From the sequence record SRR20825019_638: a stretch of 64,000 bases of DNA, one strand, 5' to 3'. Below, in pieces: positions 58,417 through 64,000 of this stretch. Position 1 is the first letter of the stretch. Every line of letters starts with the position of its first letter. The translations under genes were made by a program, and so were the position numbers. The notes under the pieces were generated by a model, which ran no database searches, had not been told where the DNA came from, and was given only the letters and a program-made list of their open reading frames with translations.

Positions 58417-58887
58417 TTATTTCCAACTATGGGAAGTAAGCTTGAGGGCCGCAACCACAATATCTTTTCGGCTAATCTGACCTACCAAAATATCGTTCTT
58501 CATCACAGGTAACCTACGTCTATTATGCCTATCAAAAACACCAGCCGCATCAAAAATGGACATATCGTGGGGAATGGTCTCAACATTCTTGGTCATAAAC
58601 CGCTCCACACTCTTGTCCAAAATAGGTTGATTAAAATACCTGCTCTCGGATATCTGTTTCATACAGTCGGCTTCCGAAACAATCCCTACCAAAAAACCAT
58701 TGTTGTCCACAACGGGCCCACCAGAAATATGGTGTTTGGCAAAAGTCTCCATCACTTCCAAAATGGACTGGTCCGGAGAAAAGGTGATCAATTTTTTGGT
58801 CATGTAATCCTCCACCAAAATTGGGGCATTGTATTTCTTCTTGGCCTCCTCTTTGCATCGTACGCCTTGAAAACTTTTGATTGCCAT
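58417..58887 (-). CDS. CBS domain protein
   Basis: V.DYMT, ISGGPVVD...LVGIVSE.D, RRLPV...LVGQISRKD. Confidence 0.92.
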   Translation of the reverse strand: MAIKSFQGVRCKEEAKKKYNAPILVEDYMTKKLITFSPDQSILEVMETFAKHHISGGPVVDNNGFLVGIVSEADCMKQISESRYFNQPILDKSVERFMTKNVETIPHDMSIFDAAGVFDRHNRRRLPVMKNDILVGQISRKDIVVAALKLTSHSWK

Positions 58888-59009
58888 ATGGTTAGATTTT
58901 AAAGTTGAATAATAAATATAGACTTTTTTAGCGAATAACCTAATTTTTGGCGTCAAAATATGAGAACCTTTTAGAATTTCATACATTTAATCACCAACAA
59001 CGCTAAGCC

Positions 59010-61280
59010 ATGAAATTTTCCCGAACCCTTGCCCTATTACTCCTTCTTTTTGCCGTATACTGGAGCTTTAAATCCTTGATGCCTTCCTACAGCCCCGACC
59101 AAGATGTTGAGCTGAAAGCCTTTTCCACAGACAGGGCGCTGGAGCATGTAAAACAATTGTCCATGGAACCCCATGCCGTTGGTTTTCCTGGGCACGAACG
59201 TGTCAAAGACTATATCATTTCCGAATTGAACAAATTAGGTTTGAAAACCACTATTCAGGATGGGTATACTGCCGGAGATTGGGGCAACTTGAGCAAGGCA
59301 ACCAATATTCTTGCAAGAATAGAAGGAAGTGGAGATGGAAAAGCACTTCTTTTACTGTCTCACTACGACAGTAATCCACATTCATCATTGGGTGCAAGCG
59401 ACGCCGGGAGCGGCGTAGCAACTATTTTGGAAGGGGTTCGCGCCTTTTTGAGCGAAAACAGGACGCCCAAAAACGACATCATTATCCTCATCAGTGATGC
59501 AGAGGAACTTGGGCTTAACGGAGCGGACCTTTTTGTAAACAAGCACCCGTGGGCCAAAGATGTAGGCCTTGTCCTTAATTTTGAGGCACGGGGCAGCGGT
59601 GGCCCCAGTTACATGCTCATCGAAACCAACAGGGGCAATGCCAAATTGATAAAAAAATTCAAAGAGGCCAATCCAAAATATCCCGTGGCCAATTCCTTGG
59701 CCTACAGTATCTACAAAATGCTCCCGAACGATACAGACCTTACTGTTTTTAGGGAGGACGGCGATATCGAAGGCTTCAATTTTGCATTTATCGACGACCA
59801 TTTTGATTACCATACTGCATTGGACAACTACGAAAGATTGGACAGGAACACTCTTGCCCACCAAGGCAGCTACTTAATGCCCCTGCTCACCCATTTTAGT
59901 GATGCCAATTTGAACAACCTAAAAAGTTTGAGCGATGAAGTTTACTACAATCTCCCATTGTATCATATGGTCTCCTACCCTTTTGAATGGATCTGGCCTA
60001 TGTTCGGTTTTGCAGTACTTGCGTTTGTACTGCTGCTATTTTTTGGTTTCAAAAACAAAAAGCTCAATATCAAGGATGTTTTCAAGAGTTTTGTTCCAGT
60101 GCTCATCACTTTGCTCGTCAACGGACTTGCAGGATATTTCTGTTGGTCCATCATTACATGGTGGTATCCCGGCTTTAAGGATATGCTTCATGGATTCACT
60201 TACAATGGACATCTCTACATTGTGGTATACGTCATGTTCTCGTTGTTCGTGTGTTTTTATACCTATCACAAATATCGAAAAACAAGCACACCCAATTTAT
60301 TGGTTGCTCCCATTTTTATTTGGCTTATCGTTTGCGGATTGGTGGCACACTACCTTAAAGGAGCCAGCTTTTTTATAATTCCTCTATTTGGTTTGTTGGC
60401 AGGACTTTTAATTACTATTAACCAAGAAAAACCAAACGCTTTCCTTATGGTATTTCTGGCATTGCCAGCAGTACTCATCTACTCCCCATTCATTAAAATG
60501 TTCCCCGTTGGCCTTGGTTTAAAAATGATGGTCGCCGCAACGCTGTTCACAACACTGTTGTTCTTCCTGATACTCCCATTTTTTGGCCAGTTAAAAAGTA
60601 AAGGGCGTTTGGCCTATCTCTGTTTGTTTCTCTTCTTCGCATTTGGAATCACAAGCCATATCCAATCCGACTTTAACGAGAAAAGACCAAAACCAAGCAG
60701 CTTGCTATATGTTTACAATGAAGACAAAAACACTTCCCAATGGGCCACTTACGACAATGTTCTGATTGATTGGAACGGTCAATTTCTTGGAGAGGATAAA
60801 AAGCAACCCGAAGCAGAGACAATTTCCAGTAAATACCGCACCAATTTGAATTATGTTGCCGATGCTCCGAAAAAAGAAATACCCGTGCCGTACATTGACA
60901 CGGTAATGGACACCATCGTTGGTGAGAACAGAGTAATTGAAATCTGCATAACCCCGCAAAGAGACGTAAACCGTTTGGAGATTTTTACAAACCCGATAAA
61001 ATTGGGGAAAGCCAAAGTAAACCAGATTGAGCTATCCTCCTATTTCTTGGAAAACAGGAAAAACAGATTGGTCACACACTACATAACAGACAATAATTTC
61101 ACGGAACTACAATTGGAGTTTCCCAAGGATTCTGTACTGGAACTTATTCTTTATGAAGCATCCAACGACCTTTTGACACATCCTGACTTCAGTATTCCGG
61201 AACGTCCAAAAAACAGTATTCCCATGCCATTTGTTCTAAATGATGCTATATTAACGATTAAAACTTTACGATTTGAGTAA
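59010..61280 (+). CDS. membrane-bound M28 family peptidase
   Basis: SHYDS, GASDAGSGV, DAEELGLNGA, NFEARG..G, NDTD, YHT..D, followed by many TM helices. Confidence 0.92.
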   Translation: MKFSRTLALLLLLFAVYWSFKSLMPSYSPDQDVELKAFSTDRALEHVKQLSMEPHAVGFPGHERVKDYIISELNKLGLKTTIQDGYTAGDWGNLSKATNILARIEGSGDGKALLLLSHYDSNPHSSLGASDAGSGVATILEGVRAFLSENRTPKNDIIILISDAEELGLNGADLFVNKHPWAKDVGLVLNFEARGSGGPSYMLIETNRGNAKLIKKFKEANPKYPVANSLAYSIYKMLPNDTDLTVFREDGDIEGFNFAFIDDHFDYHTALDNYERLDRNTLAHQGSYLMPLLTHFSDANLNNLKSLSDEVYYNLPLYHMVSYPFEWIWPMFGFAVLAFVLLLFFGFKNKKLNIKDVFKSFVPVLITLLVNGLAGYFCWSIITWWYPGFKDMLHGFTYNGHLYIVVYVMFSLFVCFYTYHKYRKTSTPNLLVAPIFIWLIVCGLVAHYLKGASFFIIPLFGLLAGLLITINQEKPNAFLMVFLALPAVLIYSPFIKMFPVGLGLKMMVAATLFTTLLFFLILPFFGQLKSKGRLAYLCLFLFFAFGITSHIQSDFNEKRPKPSSLLYVYNEDKNTSQWATYDNVLIDWNGQFLGEDKKQPEAETISSKYRTNLNYVADAPKKEIPVPYIDTVMDTIVGENRVIEICITPQRDVNRLEIFTNPIKLGKAKVNQIELSSYFLENRKNRLVTHYITDNNFTELQLEFPKDSVLELILYEASNDLLTHPDFSIPERPKNSIPMPFVLNDAILTIKTLRFE

Positions 61281-62079
61281 AAACATTGGTGTTTTGGGCT
61301 GCGGTTGGCTAGGGTTGCCCTTAGCGAAAAAATTAATTGAAGGTGGATACAACGTTCACGGGACCACAACATCATCCGATAAGTTCTCTGCCTTGGAGAA
61401 CGAGGGAATCAAACCCTTCAAGGTTCGTTTGTCGGAAAAAGAAATTGAAGGCGACATCCAAAGCTTCCTTTCCCATCTTGATAAAGTGATCATCAACGTG
61501 CCGCCGAAACTTCGCGGCAAACAAACCGAAAGCTATGTTGAAAAAATCAAGCATCTCATCACGGAAATCAAAAAGAGTGAAGTGGCCCATCTCATTTTTG
61601 TGAGCAGTACGGCAGTCTACGGAGATTCCGAAGGCGAAGTATCCGAAGAATCACCTACACAGCCCGCAACCGAATCGGGTAGACAATTGGTGGAATGCGA
61701 AAGCTTATTTCACAATGAAAACGGATTCAAAACTACCATTATCAGATTTGGGGGATTGATTGGTCCAAATAGGCATCCCATCACAATGCTTTCCGGTCGG
61801 GAGAACCTGACTGGCGGAAACAATCCAATAAATCTGATCCACCTTCATGATTGCATTCACATGATTGCTACCATTCTAGAGCAAGGATACTGGGGAGAAC
61901 TCTTTAACGGTGTATATCCGCATCACCCCAAAAAGCAAATATATTATTTTGAAGAAGCCCAAAAGAGAGGCTTGCCCGCTCCCACATATGACGAAGAACC
62001 CGATACAAAAGGGAAGATAGTACTGAGCAAGAATTTTATGGGCAAAGGCCACACCTTTCAAACTGCAATTGATTCCTAG
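61273..62079 (+). CDS. NAD(P)-dependent atypical SDR / epimerase-like protein
   Basis: GCGWLG, SSTAVYG, IRFGGLIG, NLIH..D. Confidence 0.9.
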   Translation: MSKNIGVLGCGWLGLPLAKKLIEGGYNVHGTTTSSDKFSALENEGIKPFKVRLSEKEIEGDIQSFLSHLDKVIINVPPKLRGKQTESYVEKIKHLITEIKKSEVAHLIFVSSTAVYGDSEGEVSEESPTQPATESGRQLVECESLFHNENGFKTTIIRFGGLIGPNRHPITMLSGRENLTGGNNPINLIHLHDCIHMIATILEQGYWGELFNGVYPHHPKKQIYYFEEAQKRGLPAPTYDEEPDTKGKIVLSKNFMGKGHTFQTAIDS

Positions 62080-62161
62080 GGGCATAGCCTTTTACTTATC
62101 GAATTCTTAACAGGTGGGTTGGGATTAATTTGTTAGATTTGGCGCACTAAATTGAAGATCA

Positions 62162-62872
62162 ATGAAAAAGTCTGTACTCTTGCTGCTCCTATTTGTGGGC
62201 TTTACAGGTATTTCCCAAACAAACGATGCACTTCTAAAGCACTATAATGCCTACTACAAAGAAATGCGCCTTCAGGGTGATATAAATGGTGTAATCAGTG
62301 CATTGACGCACCTTAACGTGATTTCTCCATCCAAAGAGAGAAGGGATACTTTGGCCTTTGTTTACATGAACAATGGCAAACACATGCAAGCTTTGAACAC
62401 TATAGGCATTGAAAAGAATGCTGATGATTCGGATTTGGCGGTACAGGTAAAGGCTTTTTCACTCAAGTCCTTAAACCAGCCCAAAAGAGCTTTGGAACAT
62501 TTTGAGGAGTTGAATTCCAGAAACCCATCTCCTTACTTGGCTTATGAAATGGCCGATCTTAAAATTCAAACTGGAGATATGGATGGAGCCGTTAAAAATA
62601 TCGAATATGGTATTGCCAATGCAACGGATGAAATGAAGTATGCCTTTTATGAAAGGCAACAACCCTATGAAGTTCCTCTAAAAGCGGCTTTCTACCATTT
62701 GAAGGGATTGGCCGATTTTAACCAGAACAAAGAGAATATCGATGCCGCTATTGCTTCTATTGATGAAGCACTGAAAATAGCCCCGAATTTTAATTTGGCA
62801 AGTTTGAGCAAGCAAGCTTTGGAATCGAGAAAGCAACAAGCCGCCGAAGGTTCGGAAGGGACTAAAAATTAA
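62162..62872 (+). CDS. exported TPR-like protein
   Basis: Signal peptide; helical repeats (EALKIAPNF). Confidence 0.75.
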   Translation: MKKSVLLLLLFVGFTGISQTNDALLKHYNAYYKEMRLQGDINGVISALTHLNVISPSKERRDTLAFVYMNNGKHMQALNTIGIEKNADDSDLAVQVKAFSLKSLNQPKRALEHFEELNSRNPSPYLAYEMADLKIQTGDMDGAVKNIEYGIANATDEMKYAFYERQQPYEVPLKAAFYHLKGLADFNQNKENIDAAIASIDEALKIAPNFNLASLSKQALESRKQQAAEGSEGTKN

Positions 62873-62873
62873 G

Positions 62874-63374
62874 CTACTGCTTCTTTTTTAGTTCTTGGAG
62901 TAGGGCATTATCCTTTTCTTCCTTGATTTGGACCAGCTCGGCCACATTATCGTTGGGTACCGCTATTGACAATACATAATGGGCAATCTTCCATTGCCCA
63001 TTTATTTTTTTAAGTACTCCGGAACCTCTGCAAATTTTCAATTGGGTATCCAACAATTCGTCGAACCAGGCAAAATCGGCAGACTCGCCTACATAAATAT
63101 TTCACTGTACCGCCGTAAAGCTCCATGCTTTGCCCTTATCAAAATAGGGTTTGGAGAATGCCCTGAATTCATCGTTCTGCCAATTTTCCATGGCATCCGT
63201 TCCCAAGAACACACCGTCATCGGTCATTTTATCAAAATAAGCCTCAAAATCGGCGTTCGCCGCAGCAAGGTGCCAACTATCCAGCACATCATTGATTTTA
63301 TCTTTCTCCGTATTCTGAGCAAATAGGGTCGCTGATACCGTTAAAAGCACCAAGACAAGAATCTTATGTTTCAT
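62874..63374 (-). pseudogene. NTF2/SnoaL-like protein interrupted by an in-frame TGA at 63102-63104
   Basis: Two listed ORFs are in the same frame: ..AWSFTAVQ*NIYVGESADFAWFDELLDTQLKICRGSGVL..WKIAHYVLS. Confidence 0.8.
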
Positions 63375-63861
63375 CTAGAATCAGTTTTTTATCCAATTGG
63401 CTGTTCATGATCACATTCAACTGCTTACGTATGGAATTGTATGCCTCCAACACCTTTATAGTGGGCTCTGTGGTCGGTTGATTTTCCATAATGCTGGTCT
63501 TGGCCTTGTAGAGAAAAGTGCGCATCACCATTTGTCTGCTCTTCACTTGAAACGAATCGAAAAGTTCTGGGTATTGGCCCGCTTCCAGTTTCTTCTCCTT
63601 TTCTATTAAATCGTCAATAGCAAGTGCCAAATCTTCATTGTTGGTTGCTTTATAAAGCACATCGATACTACTGTTCAAATCTTTGAACTGTTGCCAATCA
63701 GCTACTATAGCAGCTGCTGCGGGATTGATTTCAACTTTTTCGGGCATTTTTTGATAGTTGAACTCCAACTCCTCGGTGTTCACCTCAACAGGAGCTTCTT
63801 CAACCTTTTTACAGGCGTTTAGAAGCACTATCAGAACAAGAATACCTAACAATTTTTGCAT
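63364..63861 (-). CDS. hypothetical lipoprotein
   Basis: Start MQKLLGILVLIVLLNAC (lipobox). Confidence 0.8.
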   Translation of the reverse strand: MQKLLGILVLIVLLNACKKVEEAPVEVNTEELEFNYQKMPEKVEINPAAAAIVADWQQFKDLNSSIDVLYKATNNEDLALAIDDLIEKEKKLEAGQYPELFDSFQVKSRQMVMRTFLYKAKTSIMENQPTTEPTIKVLEAYNSIRKQLNVIMNSQLDKKLILDET

Positions 63862-63925
63862 AAGCGAATGTACAAATTTTAATAAAGGGTATCTTTGACC
63901 TCGAACTAAATTAACTTCATTTTTA

Positions 63926-64000
63926 ATGCATAAGCCCATATTGATCATTGGCGCCTGTGGCCAAATAGGAACGGAACTCACCTTTGAACTTAGAAGCAAG
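63926..64000 (+). CDS. NAD-dependent epimerase / SDR-type L-threonine dehydrogenase, N-terminus only
   Basis: Hand translation MHKPILIIGACGQIGTELT (GxxGxxG); TATCTTTG promoter upstream. Confidence 0.75.
   Translation, partial: MHKPILIIGACGQIGTELTFELRSK

Overview
A 64 kb chromosomal segment from a Flavobacteriaceae-type Bacteroidota (TAnnTTTG promoters, T9SS cargo proteins, typical gene order). It is mostly housekeeping genes: the 5' part of a tRNA-Leu, prs-rplY-pth, ribF, serS, rsmA, mgtE, lysC, fbp, the ligase-associated DNA repair operon (exonuclease, ATP-dependent ligase, Lhr-like helicase, PdeM), mfd, metG, tex, ssb and dps. The main unexplained structure is a set of about 26 short REP-like palindromes, counted by eye. 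Most carry a (T/C/G)GTC tag, and many have tandem GA/GA mismatches and a GNA loop. About 22 of them lie within 26.1-35.6 kb, around a small stand-alone GIY-YIG nuclease gene that is itself bracketed by an inverted pair of these repeats inside the repair operon. The repeats occur in-frame inside the ligase, mfd and metG genes, nest inside each other's loops, and form direct-repeat composites on either side of single genes. Together this suggests a GIY-YIG-associated, REPtron-like repeat-dispersal system (inference). Other points: an unannotated 56-aa Lys-rich ORF with a FhuF-type CC-x10-C-x2-C motif behind a Fur-box-like palindrome, a DUF1501 protein with both Tat and T9SS signals, a tail-less SSB with a 10-bp-periodic upstream array, and an NTF2/SnoaL-like gene with an in-frame TGA.
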